A stretch of 64,000 nucleotides of DNA from Candidatus Marinacidobacterium sp. (GTDB lineage Bacteria > Acidobacteriota > Vicinamibacteria > Marinacidobacterales > Marinacidobacteraceae). The first letter of the stretch is position 1. Each line of letters opens with the position of its first letter. Both the position numbers and the translations under genes were made by a program. Shown here piece by piece: positions 37,187 to 48,684 of this stretch. The DNA lies in the NCBI GenBank assembly GCA_965204755.1, contig OZ242011.1, positions 224,001-288,000 on the forward strand. Direction: 5' to 3'. The notes below the pieces were generated by a model. It searched no databases. It was not told the DNA's origin and saw only the letters and a list, made by a program, of their open reading frames with translations.

Positions 37187-38386
37187 ATGATCGCCCGCCA
37201 CCTGACGCCGGCGCTCCGCCGCGCCGCAACCCGGAGCCCGGTCGTCCTGCTGTCCGGCGCCCGGCAGTCGGGGAAGACGACGCTGGCGCGGGCGGTCTTC
37301 CCGGAGCACCGCTACCTGCCTCTGGAGATGCCGGATGTCCTCGAAGCGGCGATCGAGGATCCGCGGACCTTCCTCGCGCAGCACGACCGGTTGCTGCTGG
37401 ACGAAGTCCAGCGGGCGCCGGCGCTCCTGTCGTACATCCAGGGTCTCGTGGACGACGACCGGACGCCCGGACGATTCGTCCTGACCGCCTCGCAGAACCT
37501 GCTCCGCATGGAGTCGGTGACGCAGACGCTCGCGGGCCGCGTCGCGCGGCTTCGCCTCGATCCGTTCTCGCTGGCGGAAATCCGCGGGCGCCCGCCACTC
37601 GACCCGAATCTCCTCGACGCCTCCGTGACCGAGGCGCCCGCTTCGGCGCCGCCCGAACGCGGCCTGTGGGAAACCCTGTTCCGGGGCTTCTACCCGCCGC
37701 TCCACGCCGGGGGCGAGGAGCCGCGCGAATGGTTCGCGGACTACACGCGCACTTATGTGGACCGGGACCTGCGCGAAGTCATGACTGTCTCGGCCCCCTA
37801 TGCGTTCTTCCACTTTCTCCCGCTGGCCGCCGGCCGCACGGGGGCCGGACTCAACCTCACCGGATTGGCCGACGACGCCGACATCACCCGGCAGACGGCG
37901 CGCCGCTGGCTCTCCGCGTTGGAGACCGGTTTCCTCGCGACCACGCTGCATCCGCACTTCCGGAACTACGGGAAGCGGCAAAGGAAACGCCCTCGCCTGC
38001 ACTTCCTCGACAGCGGTCTCCTCTGCTATCTCCTCGGGATCCGAGACGCCGACACCCTCTCCCTCCACCCGCTCCGGGGAGCGGTCTTCGAGTCGTTCGT
38101 TGCGTCCGAACTCGTCAAGGCGTTCTCCGCTCGCCGCGAGGAGCCCCTCCTCTACTTCTTCGGCGATACGACCGGACACGAAGTGGACTTCCTCGTTGAT
38201 CTCGGAGACCGAGTCGCGCCGCTGGAAGTGAAGTCGGGCGCGACCTTTGCCGGGTACGCAACCCGGCGACTCAGGCGTTGGACTTCCCTCCCCGGTAACC
38301 CGAACGAAGGCGGCGTGCTGGTTACCGGCGGCGATCGCAGTTTCGACTTCGAGGGCTGCCGCGTTCGCCCCTGGTTCCTTTCCTGA
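37187..38386 (+). CDS. AAA+ ATPase with DUF4143 domain
   Basis: GARQSGKTT, LLLDEVQRAP, SVTQTLAGR, YVDRD, LHFLDSGLL, GAVFESFV, EVDFL and LEVKSG. Confidence 0.9.
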   Translation: MIARHLTPALRRAATRSPVVLLSGARQSGKTTLARAVFPEHRYLPLEMPDVLEAAIEDPRTFLAQHDRLLLDEVQRAPALLSYIQGLVDDDRTPGRFVLTASQNLLRMESVTQTLAGRVARLRLDPFSLAEIRGRPPLDPNLLDASVTEAPASAPPERGLWETLFRGFYPPLHAGGEEPREWFADYTRTYVDRDLREVMTVSAPYAFFHFLPLAAGRTGAGLNLTGLADDADITRQTARRWLSALETGFLATTLHPHFRNYGKRQRKRPRLHFLDSGLLCYLLGIRDADTLSLHPLRGAVFESFVASELVKAFSARREEPLLYFFGDTTGHEVDFLVDLGDRVAPLEVKSGATFAGYATRRLRRWTSLPGNPNEGGVLVTGGDRSFDFEGCRVRPWFLS

Positions 38387-38424
38387 ACGCCTGACGCGTG
38401 ACCGCCGTCCGTCGGCGGCGCCGG

Positions 38425-38625
38425 TCAGCGCAGGCTGGCGGAGAGGTAGAGGCCGATCCCGGCGAGCAGCGGGAGGGCGCCGAGCGTGAGGAACGAGAAC
38501 AGCGAGACCGGGTGGTTCCAGAACAGGGTGAGCGCTTCGACGGACAGCCCGAAGGCGATCAACGCCGCCGCCGCGCGGAGCCGTTTCGGCCGGCCGCCGA
38601 GCGCCGCCCGGATCCGCGAAGTCAC
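38425..38625 (-). CDS. Small two-TM membrane protein, third gene of the cytochrome module
   Basis: GTGA overlap with the NapC-like gene; two hydrophobic helices (LIAFGLSVEALTLFW, LFSFLTLGALPLLAGIGLYL). Confidence 0.65.
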   Translation of the reverse strand: MTSRIRAALGGRPKRLRAAAALIAFGLSVEALTLFWNHPVSLFSFLTLGALPLLAGIGLYLSASLR

Positions 38626-39236
38626 GACGGCCGGGCCGGCCATCGCCCGTACCGGTCGAGCGTGTCCACCTCGTGCGCCAGGTTGTGGCACATCAGGCAG
38701 GTTCTCGCGCCGCTTTCGAGGTCCCGGAGGAACGGCGCATGGGGAGGCGATTCCAGGTAGGACCGGCCGCCGCGGTGGCATTCCAGACAAGTCCCGTTCC
38801 CGAAGGGACGGTAGAGGCGCACCGGGTCGGACACGGTTCCGGTAACCGAGCGCCACACATGGAGCGCGCCGCGCATCTTGTCGTCGACACCGCCGAACAT
38901 CGTGTAGTTCGCATGGCAGGTGAAACACGCCCGCTCCGCCGGGATCCTCCCGTTCTGGACATGCGCCGCCGGGAGGAAGGCCGGGTGGTCGATCTCCAGA
39001 CTCTCCCCGTACGCCGCCATGCCGTGGCAGGAAAGGCACCAGGTCGTCGTCTGCGCCTGCTCGTAGTGCCGGGAAACCCCTCCCAGGAGCGCGAGACCCG
39101 GCAGCGCGACGAACGCCACGAAGCCGACCGCCCGCGCGCCCGGCGCGCCGGAGAGCGCCGGCCGGCGCAGCAGGACCGCGATCAATGCGACGGAAGCGGC
39201 GGCCAAGCCCGCCAGCAGGAGATCGGAACCCGCCAC
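38622..39236 (-). CDS. NapC/NirT-like membrane tetraheme cytochrome c
   Basis: Two N-terminal TM segments; CLSCHGM, CFTCH, CLECH and CLMCH. Confidence 0.85.
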   Translation of the reverse strand: MAGSDLLLAGLAAASVALIAVLLRRPALSGAPGARAVGFVAFVALPGLALLGGVSRHYEQAQTTTWCLSCHGMAAYGESLEIDHPAFLPAAHVQNGRIPAERACFTCHANYTMFGGVDDKMRGALHVWRSVTGTVSDPVRLYRPFGNGTCLECHRGGRSYLESPPHAPFLRDLESGARTCLMCHNLAHEVDTLDRYGRWPARPS

Positions 39237-39332
39237 CGGTCAGCCCGCGGAAGGGGAGCGCCGCCCCGCGGCGCCCCTCCCCGGTCGGCGCTTCGCGCCG
39301 ACAGGCGCTCCCCGGACTTCCTCCACCGGCCG

Positions 39333-40709
39333 TCAGTGGACGCGGTCCCGCGCGGGGCTCGCGCGGCGAACACGCAGGTCCTCGGCGAGGTGGCGGATCT
39401 CGGTGAGGGACTGCACCATCTCGCTCCAGCCGTACCAGAGCGCGTAGTCCGGGTTGTTGTGGAACACCCCCTGGAAGGCGCGCATCCGGTGTTCGAGGTG
39501 CATCTTGAACAGCCGCTGTTCGATCACCGTCGGGGCGTCGTGGAAGGCGAGCAGGTCCGGGTAGTCGGAGGCGTAACCCTCCGGCCGGGTCAGCACGCCG
39601 TCCCGGTAGAGGCCGGCCACGATGCCGATCGCTTCGGCGAGCAGCCGATCCGCCTGCCGGATCATCTCGTCGCCCTTTTCGAGTTCCGCCCGCGCGAAGT
39701 TCCCGGAATGGCAGTCTTCGCAGACGGCGATCATCCGGTCGCGTTCGCGTTGCCAGTCCTCTTCGGTCAGCCGCGCCGCGTCCACCGCCCGCACCGCGTC
39801 CAGCCGGGCCGTGGGTTCCCCTTCGGGGTCGAGCACGCCGAGCGCCTTGAGGATCGCCACCCGGTCCGCCGCCCACTGTTCGTCTTCCGGCAGCGGCAGC
39901 CGCACCGCGAGGAATCCCCAGGCCGTCCGCACCCCGTGGTGGCCGTCGGGCATGTGGCAGCGCTGGCAGGTGGGCGCCGCCGCCTCTTCCGGCAGCGCGC
40001 CGGTCTGCTTCAACATATGGCGGACGCCGTGTTTCGACGAGGAATACATCTCCCACTGCGGGTGGTCGATCCCCATGTGGCAGGTGCGGCAGGCCTGCGG
40101 CTCCCGGGCTTCCCGGACCGAGAACAGGTGGCGGGTATGGCAGGAGTCGCAGGAAGCGAGGCCGAACATGACCCCCTCGGCGCGCAGGGCGCGGATCTCT
40201 TCCTCGGTCTTGAGCCCCAGTCGGTGGCACCCGCCGCAACCCTTCATCCCCTCCGTCAGCGCCATCGGCAACTGGTGCGTCGTCGGCATGGCGTTCATGC
40301 TCGCCCAGGCCAGCGCGTGCTTGCCGCCGGCGAACTGGTCGGTCTGGATGGGATGGCAGGTCCCGCAGACCTCCGGCGTCGCCGTCCCGACGAGATGCAG
40401 GTCGTCCGCGCCCCGGTGCCCGTCCCCGTGGCACATCGAGCAGTCCACGCCGTCGGCGGCGTGCCGGCTGAGTTCCCAGTCGGTGACGATGGACGGCGTC
40501 TCCGTCCGGTGGCACCCCACGCACCCCGCCGGGTCCGCCGGCGGCGGCTCGCTCGCCTGCCCGCAGCCGGCGGCCGCCCCCGCCGCGAGGCCGGCGAACA
40601 GCCCCGCTGCGAGGCCGGCGGACCGCGCGGCCCGGAGGATCACCCGGAAACCTCCCGAGAGCGAGCGCGTCCCGGTACCGGCGCGTCCCGTCTCCACGAA
40701 GACCATCAC
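39333..40709 (-). CDS. Octaheme cytochrome c, hydroxylamine oxidoreductase (HAO)-like family, probable lipoprotein
   Basis: Eight CxxCH (CVGCH, CSMCH, CGTCH, CGGCH, CDSCH, CRTCH, CQRCH, CEDCH); CDSCHTRHLFS, CHMGIDHPQWEMYSSSKHG and FHNNPDY..WYGW; AAGC lipobox; alternative GTG start at 40643. Confidence 0.85.
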   Translation of the reverse strand: MMVFVETGRAGTGTRSLSGGFRVILRAARSAGLAAGLFAGLAAGAAAGCGQASEPPPADPAGCVGCHRTETPSIVTDWELSRHAADGVDCSMCHGDGHRGADDLHLVGTATPEVCGTCHPIQTDQFAGGKHALAWASMNAMPTTHQLPMALTEGMKGCGGCHRLGLKTEEEIRALRAEGVMFGLASCDSCHTRHLFSVREAREPQACRTCHMGIDHPQWEMYSSSKHGVRHMLKQTGALPEEAAAPTCQRCHMPDGHHGVRTAWGFLAVRLPLPEDEQWAADRVAILKALGVLDPEGEPTARLDAVRAVDAARLTEEDWQRERDRMIAVCEDCHSGNFARAELEKGDEMIRQADRLLAEAIGIVAGLYRDGVLTRPEGYASDYPDLLAFHDAPTVIEQRLFKMHLEHRMRAFQGVFHNNPDYALWYGWSEMVQSLTEIRHLAEDLRVRRASPARDRVH

Positions 40710-40788
40710 TGCGAGCGCCTATTCTCGCCCGCCGTCCGGCGGCGCGCCACTCGGCCGGGGAAGGCGAGGACGCCCTCCCCGCGGCCCC

Positions 40789-42459
40789 CTAACGGTTCCC
40801 GGGTTTCGGCCAGTCGTGGTCCGGGGAGTCCTCGAGGAAGAGCGGCATCGGCGGCGGGGGGAGGCCCTGCTCGGCGCGGGCGGCGCGGACCGTCTCGCGC
40901 ACATCGGTGAGCAGTTTCCGCGCGTCGTACACGATGCCGTCCTTGACCACATAGCGGATCGAGCCGATGCGCTCCGTGCGTCCGGTCTCGTGGTTCAGCC
41001 GGATCGTGCCGGTGCCGTAGAGCACCTTCAGGTTCTGCAGCGGGTTCTCTTCGAGGATCACGAAGTCCGCCAACTTCTCTTCCTCCACGCTGCCGAGCCG
41101 GTCTTCGATCCCGAGCACTTCCGCGCCCTTGAGCGTGGCCGACTGGATGACTTCGAGCGGGTGGAAGCCGGCTTCCTGGAACAGTTCGAGTTCCTGGACG
41201 AAGCCGAAACCGTAGAGGTTGAAGGTGTACCCGGAATCACTGCCGACGGAGACGCGCCCGCCCCGGTTCTTGAACTCGTTCACGAAGGCCATCCACAGCC
41301 GGTAGTTCTCCTTCCAATTCAGTTCCACCTGCGTCGTCCAGTCGAAGAAGTACGAGGCGTGGTTCTCCGCGTTCGGGCGGTAGAACTCCCACAGGTTCGG
41401 ATGGGTATAGACCGAATGCCATTCGTTCCGCTGCTGGCGCATCAGGTCGCGGGTGCCGATGTAGGCGACCCAAGTCGGGTGGATCGAGAAGTCGAGTTCC
41501 AGCAACTCGTTCATCACCGCGTTCCAGTGGTCGGAGAACGGCGGCGCGGCCTGCGCCCAGAGCCGGCCCGCTTCGGTGAAGCGGTGGTACTCGTTGTAGT
41601 AGTTGTATTCCGTCGGATAGTGCTGGATGCGCCGGTCGGTGAAGAGCGCCTCCGGCAACCCGTACCAGTGGGTCATCGAAGTGAGCCCGGCGCGCGCGGT
41701 TTCGAGCGCGTTCATTCCCGCCACATCGAGTTGGGCGTGGTGCGCCGTGGAAAGGAGCCCCTGGGTCGCCGCCTCGTCGAGCGCCGCCCGGAAGATGCGC
41801 GGCGCCGCGCCGAAGAACTTGATGCCGTCCGCGCCCTGTTCCTTCACCCACTGCACCCAGCGCCGGGCGGCATCCGGATTCGTCACCGGTTCCTCGCCGT
41901 CCCGGCCGAACACCACGAAGGTCTGCATCCGGGGCGAGGTGATCTCGTTGTTCCAGGCGCGGCGCGCGTGGTGGATCAGCCATTTCGTGTTGAAGTTGCC
42001 CACATCGCCGCCGGCGGTGATCCCGTGCGCCATCCACAGTTTGTGGATGTACTCGGTCGGCACTCCCTGCCCTTCGCCCTCGTTGTGCTGGTGGAGGTGC
42101 GTGTCGACGAAACCGGGCAGGAGGTAGTGCCCGGAGAGGTCCATCTCGTGGTCACCCGGTCGGGCGCGCGGCCGGTCCTCTTCGTGGATGGGAGTCACCG
42201 GGGTCCCCACCACCCGGATCTCCCGGATGATGTTCCCCTCGACGATGATGTCGGCCGGGCCGTACGGAGGCGCCCCGGTGCCGTCTATGACGGTGACGCC
42301 GCGCAGGATGAGCCGGTCCCAGGGGCCTTCCCCGTCGGTGCGGTCGGGCACCGGGAACGGCATCTCCTCGGTCTCCTGCGCGAAGAGCGGCGAAGCGGCG
42401 AGGGCGAGTCCCGCGAAGAGGAACGGGGCGACGGTGAGGGCGGTTCGGGCGAAGCGCAT
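40789..42459 (-). CDS. Secreted amidohydrolase family protein
   Basis: Signal peptide; LLPGFVDTHLH, GADGIKFF, VGSDSG and LGSVEEEKLADFV. Confidence 0.85.
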   Translation of the reverse strand: MRFARTALTVAPFLFAGLALAASPLFAQETEEMPFPVPDRTDGEGPWDRLILRGVTVIDGTGAPPYGPADIIVEGNIIREIRVVGTPVTPIHEEDRPRARPGDHEMDLSGHYLLPGFVDTHLHQHNEGEGQGVPTEYIHKLWMAHGITAGGDVGNFNTKWLIHHARRAWNNEITSPRMQTFVVFGRDGEEPVTNPDAARRWVQWVKEQGADGIKFFGAAPRIFRAALDEAATQGLLSTAHHAQLDVAGMNALETARAGLTSMTHWYGLPEALFTDRRIQHYPTEYNYYNEYHRFTEAGRLWAQAAPPFSDHWNAVMNELLELDFSIHPTWVAYIGTRDLMRQQRNEWHSVYTHPNLWEFYRPNAENHASYFFDWTTQVELNWKENYRLWMAFVNEFKNRGGRVSVGSDSGYTFNLYGFGFVQELELFQEAGFHPLEVIQSATLKGAEVLGIEDRLGSVEEEKLADFVILEENPLQNLKVLYGTGTIRLNHETGRTERIGSIRYVVKDGIVYDARKLLTDVRETVRAARAEQGLPPPPMPLFLEDSPDHDWPKPGNR

Positions 42460-42542
42460 GTTCGGTGTCCTCCGTGAACGATCCGAGGGAAGGCAGCCGG
42501 GCAGTATCCCATACGCCCGGCGGCCCGGCGCCGGCGCCGGAC

Positions 42543-43331
42543 TCATGCGGCCAGCCGGTCGAGGCGCAGGCGGTGGCGGTCGTCGAAGAGCCGCCGGGCG
42601 ACCACCCGGACCGCGAGCAACACGCCGAACCCGGTTCCGGCGGCGATCAGGAACAGGATCAGGACTTGGTAGCGCACCGCTTCGAGCGGCGCCGCGCCGG
42701 CGAGGATCTGCCCGGTCATCATGCCGGGCAGGCTGACGATCCCGGCGGCGGCCATGGCGTTCAGGATGGGGATCAGGCCCGCCCGCGCCGCCTCGCGCCG
42801 AAGGTCGGAGGCCGCCTCCTCCCGGGTCTCGCCCAGCAGGAGCCGCTGTTCGATGACTTCCCGCTCGCGGACGAGGCTCTCGGTGAGCCGCTCGACCGAG
42901 AGCGCGATCCCGTTCATGGTGTTCCCGAGCACCATGCCGAGCAGGGGGACGGCGAGGCGGGGCTCCCACCAGGGCGAGGGGCCGAGCAGCAGGGCGAGGG
43001 CGAACAGGGTCACCGTGAACGAGGAGACGAACATCGCCCCCGCCCCGACGAGGTAACCCCAGCGCCCCCGGAGCGGACGGGGTTGGCGGCGCCGCACCTC
43101 CCGCGCCGCCACCGCCAGCATGACCGCCGCCGCCGCCGCCACCCACCAGCCGCTCTCCACCGCGAAGAGCAGCCGCAGAACGAGGCCGAGGAGCAGCAAC
43201 TGCCCGCCGCTCCGGACCGCGAGCCACGCCAAACTCCGGGAGACCCCGAGCCGCTCCCGCCAGGCCGCGGCGGCGAGCAGGAGGACCAGGCCGGCCGCCG
43301 CCAGCAGGTCGAACGCGGTGAGCGGGATCAC
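42543..43331 (-). CDS. UPF0014/FetB(YbbM)-like ABC permease
   Basis: QLLLLGLVL, PLLGMVLGNTMN, GIVSLPGMMTGQILAG and AVRYQ. Confidence 0.88.
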   Translation of the reverse strand: MIPLTAFDLLAAAGLVLLLAAAAWRERLGVSRSLAWLAVRSGGQLLLLGLVLRLLFAVESGWWVAAAAAVMLAVAAREVRRRQPRPLRGRWGYLVGAGAMFVSSFTVTLFALALLLGPSPWWEPRLAVPLLGMVLGNTMNGIALSVERLTESLVREREVIEQRLLLGETREEAASDLRREAARAGLIPILNAMAAAGIVSLPGMMTGQILAGAAPLEAVRYQVLILFLIAAGTGFGVLLAVRVVARRLFDDRHRLRLDRLAA

Positions 43332-43966
43332 GGCGCGCCCGACGCCCGCGTCCCGTCCGACGCCCGTATCGCGCGGTCCCCGGCGGCGGCCACCCTCCCC
43401 TCCGGGAGCAGCAGCGTCCGGCGGGCGAGCCCCCCGGCGGCCTCGTCGTGCGACGCCCAGACCGCGGCGCCGCCCCGCTCGCGCAGGAACGCCTCCACCC
43501 GCCGCCGCAGCCGCTCCCGGTTCTCCCGGTCCAGGTTCGCCCCGGGCTCGTCGAGCAGCAGCGCCTCCGGCCCGCGGGCCAGCAGGCGCAGGAAGGCGAC
43601 GCGGGCCTTCTCCCCGGTGGAGAGCCGGGCGGGCGGCGCGTCCGCGATCCCCGGGTCGAGTCCGAGCGCGGCGAACTCGGCCGGCGCCGGCGGCGCCGGG
43701 AAGTGCGACGCCACCGTCGGGCCCCAAAAGCGCGGCTCCGCCGGGAGGAGTCCCACCCGCCGGCGCCACTCCGGCGCCGGAACCGCGGCCCGCGGCTCAC
43801 CCCCGAGCCGGACCGCGCCCTCCGCGGGGTCGAGGTCGGCGAGCGCCCTCAGCAGCCGGGTCTTCCCGGCGCCGGACGGCCCGGAAACGGCCAGCGCCTC
43901 CCCGGGCGCGACCTCGAAGTCGAGCGGCGGCAGCCCCGGAATCCGCAGGTCCCGAACGACCAACAC
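43328..43966 (-). CDS. ABC transporter ATP-binding protein (FetA/YbbL-like)
   Basis: GPSGAGKT, LSTGEKAR, LLLDEP and WASHD; coupled to the permease. Confidence 0.88.
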   Translation of the reverse strand: MLVVRDLRIPGLPPLDFEVAPGEALAVSGPSGAGKTRLLRALADLDPAEGAVRLGGEPRAAVPAPEWRRRVGLLPAEPRFWGPTVASHFPAPPAPAEFAALGLDPGIADAPPARLSTGEKARVAFLRLLARGPEALLLDEPGANLDRENRERLRRRVEAFLRERGGAAVWASHDEAAGGLARRTLLLPEGRVAAAGDRAIRASDGTRASGAP

Positions 43967-44064
43967 GACAGCGGGATCGCGCGCGACCCGGCGGCCCGCC
44001 GGAGCCGCTCTCCCGCTGCCCCGCCGCCGCCCGCCCGCGGCGGAAGGCCGGGGCCCCGGGCGGC

Positions 44065-44867
44065 TCAGAGCCGCCAGATGACGAGCAACTGGACGGTGTT
44101 TTCCGTGTTCTTCGTGGAGAGTTTGTTGCCCCAGAACTGGTACTCGATCCGAGGAACAGGTTGTTTCCTTCGCCGTTCAGCGCCTTGCTCACATCCCAGG
44201 TGAGTTGCGGCTGCGTGAAGAACCACGCCTCCTGCGCGGCGCCGGCCGCGTTCGTCGTCGGGCCGGTGTATTCGGCGTGACCGGTGAACAGGAAGGTCTG
44301 GCTGCCGAGGTCGAAACTCGCCCCCCAGTTCACATCGAAGACGAACGCCGGGTCGTTCTTCGGGACGATCCCGCCGTCGGTATCGAACGCCACCATGAAG
44401 TCGGTGTTCACGAAGAAGAAGCCCGGCACATCCCAGGACGCGCGGACGCCGGGGAGCACCTTGAGGATGTCCGAATCCGTCTCCAGGTTGAAACCGCCGA
44501 TCAACTGGATGTCGCGGATCGGGCCGCCGCCGACCGTGGTCCCGGTCAACTTGGAGAGGCTCAGCGTGGGATACCACTCGCCGTAGATCGTCCGGTCGTT
44601 GAAACCGTCGCGGAGGTCGTCGCCGAGGATGTCGAGGAAGAAGAAACTCTCGCCGTGCGACCAGAACGCGGCCTGCTGGATGGTCAGGATGCGGGTGGTG
44701 GTCTCCTCGCCGGAGAACGGGTTGAGGAGGCGCCCGTACTGGAACTGGAACTCGGTCTGCGCGGCGGCGCCGACCGGGAGGGCGAGCGCGGCGGCGGCGA
44801 ACAGGAGGGCCGCCGCGCGCGGCGCGGCCCGCCTCGGGCGGGGGTCTTCGTGGGGGAACGGGGCCAT
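44065..44867 (-). pseudogene. Tsx-like nucleoside-specific outer-membrane channel with a single frameshift near 44150
   Basis: YGEWYPTLSL and FFTQPQLTWDV...NNLFLG in one frame continue as IEYQFWGNKL...QLLVIWRL in another. Confidence 0.7.
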
Positions 44868-44974
44868 CGGCGGAGCGCCTCCTCGGAGCCCCTATTGTAG
44901 GAATTTTTCGCCCCGGCGCCCGCCCCGCGCGGCGGCGTTCGGCCCCCGCCCCCCGCCGTACACTGCCCGGCGCC

Positions 44975-45936
44975 GTGGGCCCCGTCGAACTCCTCCGCTG
45001 CGCCGCCGGCGGAGTCCTCGCCGGGCTCGCCAACCTGGCGCCGGGAGTGAGCGGCGGCACCATGATCCTGGCGGTCGGGATCTACCCCCGGATCATCGCC
45101 GCCGCCGCGGAAGTGGCCGCCTTCCGGTTCCGGCGTTCCTCGCTCCTCCCGCTCGGGGCGGTGGTCGGCGGCGCGCTGTGCATGGTGGTCCTGCTGGCCG
45201 GGGCGATCCGGGACCTGTTCCTCGCCCGGCCGACGCCGCTGTTCAGCCTGTTCGCCGGGCTCACCCTCGGCGGAGCGCCGCTCCTTTGGAGGATGGCCGG
45301 GCCGGAGCGCCGTCCGATCTACTTCGTTGCCGCCGGCGCCGGCTTCCTCGCCGCCGCGCTTCCCACGCTCGCCGCGGCCGGCGCCCCGGAGGCGGGCGCC
45401 GCCGGCGTGGAGGCGTCCGCGGGAGCGCTGCTGCTCGGAGGCGCCGCCGCCGCCTTCGCGATGGTCCTGCCCGGGATCAGCGGCAGTTACCTGCTGCTCC
45501 TGCTCGGCCTCTACCTCCCCTACCTCGACGCCATGGACGGCGTCCGGGCGGCCCTCGCTTCGGGTTTCCGGCCGGCGGAACTCCTGGCCGCCGGGCTCCG
45601 CGCCGCGCCGTTCTTCGTCGGCGTCGCGCTCGGCGTCGCCGCCGCCGCCCGGCTCGTGCGACACTTCCTCACCCGTCGGCGGCAGCCGACCCTCGGGCTC
45701 CTGCTCGGGTTGCTCCTCGGCGCGGTAGTCGGGCTCTGGCCCTTCCGTTCGGCGAGCGGCCTCCGCTTCGACCCGGACGGCGGTGACCTCGCCGCCGCCG
45801 GGGCGTTCACCGCCCTCGGTTTCGCGCTCGCTTGGGCCCTCGGACGGCTGCAGCCGGAGAACGCGCCGCCCGACCGGGACCATTCCCCCCGCATTCCCGA
45901 CCGCCCGAACGGCGGAGAAAGGCCCCGCACCCCTTC

Positions 45937-45940
<4 letters not shown>
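44975..45940 (+). CDS. DUF368 family membrane protein
   Basis: [19 protein letters not shown] and [19 protein letters not shown]. Confidence 0.9.
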
Positions 45941-47427
<1,487 letters not shown>

Positions 47428-47437
47428 GTCCGCTCCG

Positions 47438-48646
47438 GTGGCGAACGAAGAGCCGGCGGCGCCGCCGGTCCGGGAAGAGCCGGGCGGCGCCGAAACGCCG
47501 GGGGCGGGCGACCCGCCCTCCGGGCCGCGCCCCGGCGCCGCTTCCTCCGGAGCGCCGGCGACGGCGCTCGTCATCCTCTCCACCGCGGTCATCGCCGGGG
47601 CGGTCGGCGGCGCGCTCTACCTCCTCTACCGGTTCGTCGCCGCGTTCTCGCTGGTCCTGCTGCCGCTCGCCGTCGGGGCGCTGGCGGCGATGGTCTTCCG
47701 CCCCTGGTTCCTCGCCTTCCGCCACCGGCTGCGGCTGCCGGCCTGGGCGGCGCTCGTCGCGGTGTACCTCTCCGTGGGGGCGCTCGCCGCCGGTTTCCTC
47801 TATGTCTTCGGGCGGCTGATCACCGCGCAACTCGGCGACCTCCTGCGGCAGGCGCCGGAGGCGATCGCCGCCGCGTACCGCTGGATCGTCGCCGAGGCCC
47901 CCGGCGCGGTGGAGTTCCTCGAGAACCACCCCGCCGGCCGGCGCCTCCGCGACCTGGTCCTGAGCCGCCAGGACGCCATCCTCGAGGGGGTCGCCCGGCT
48001 CGGCGAAACCGTCTTCGCCGCCGGCGCCGGAATCGTGCGCGGCGTCGTGCACCTGCTCGCCTGGGCGGTGCTGCCGCTGTACTTCAGTTACTTCCTGGTG
48101 GCCGATCCCAAACAGGTGAAGTCGGAAGTCTTCCTCCCGTTCCTGAAACCCCGGACGCGGGAAACGGTGGAACTGCTCGTCCGCACCTTCGTGCGCAAAC
48201 TGGTGACCTTCTTCCGCGCCCAGTTGGTCGTGGCGGCGCTTCAGGGCCTGTTGCTCGCGATCGGGTTCACCGTGATCGGTCTCGACTACGGGTTCGTCAT
48301 CGGCCTGTTCCTGGGTTTCCTCACGATCATTCCCTACCTGGGGAGCGTGGTGGGTTTCCTGCTCGCCGTTCCGCTCGCGCTCTCGCAGGCGGACGGCGGG
48401 CTCTGGCTCGCCGCGCTCGCCGCCGGCGTCCTCGCCGCCGTGCAACTCATCGAGGGTTGGGTGCTCACCCCGCGCATCATGGGCAGCCAGACCGGACTCC
48501 ACTGGATGACCATCATCGTCGCGGTCCTGTTCTGGAGCAGCGCGCTCGGCGGCCTGACCGGCGCGCTGCTCGCCATACCCCTGACCGCCTTCGCCGAAGC
48601 CGCCTGGGAACAGGTCCGCAAACGCCACCTCGCCCCGGCGGCGTAA
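47438..48646 (+). CDS. AI-2E family transporter
   Basis: Multi-TM; IIPYLG, VQLIEGWVLTPRIMG, GLH and GALLAIPL. Confidence 0.88.
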   Translation: MANEEPAAPPVREEPGGAETPGAGDPPSGPRPGAASSGAPATALVILSTAVIAGAVGGALYLLYRFVAAFSLVLLPLAVGALAAMVFRPWFLAFRHRLRLPAWAALVAVYLSVGALAAGFLYVFGRLITAQLGDLLRQAPEAIAAAYRWIVAEAPGAVEFLENHPAGRRLRDLVLSRQDAILEGVARLGETVFAAGAGIVRGVVHLLAWAVLPLYFSYFLVADPKQVKSEVFLPFLKPRTRETVELLVRTFVRKLVTFFRAQLVVAALQGLLLAIGFTVIGLDYGFVIGLFLGFLTIIPYLGSVVGFLLAVPLALSQADGGLWLAALAAGVLAAVQLIEGWVLTPRIMGSQTGLHWMTIIVAVLFWSSALGGLTGALLAIPLTAFAEAAWEQVRKRHLAPAA

Positions 48647-48684
48647 ACCGACTCCCCCGATCCCGACCTCCGGGACCCGGGGAA

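Noticed and set aside
37187-38386. DUF4143 ATPase as part of a defence system
   Set aside because: Stand-alone gene of a very common family with no partner genes beside it.
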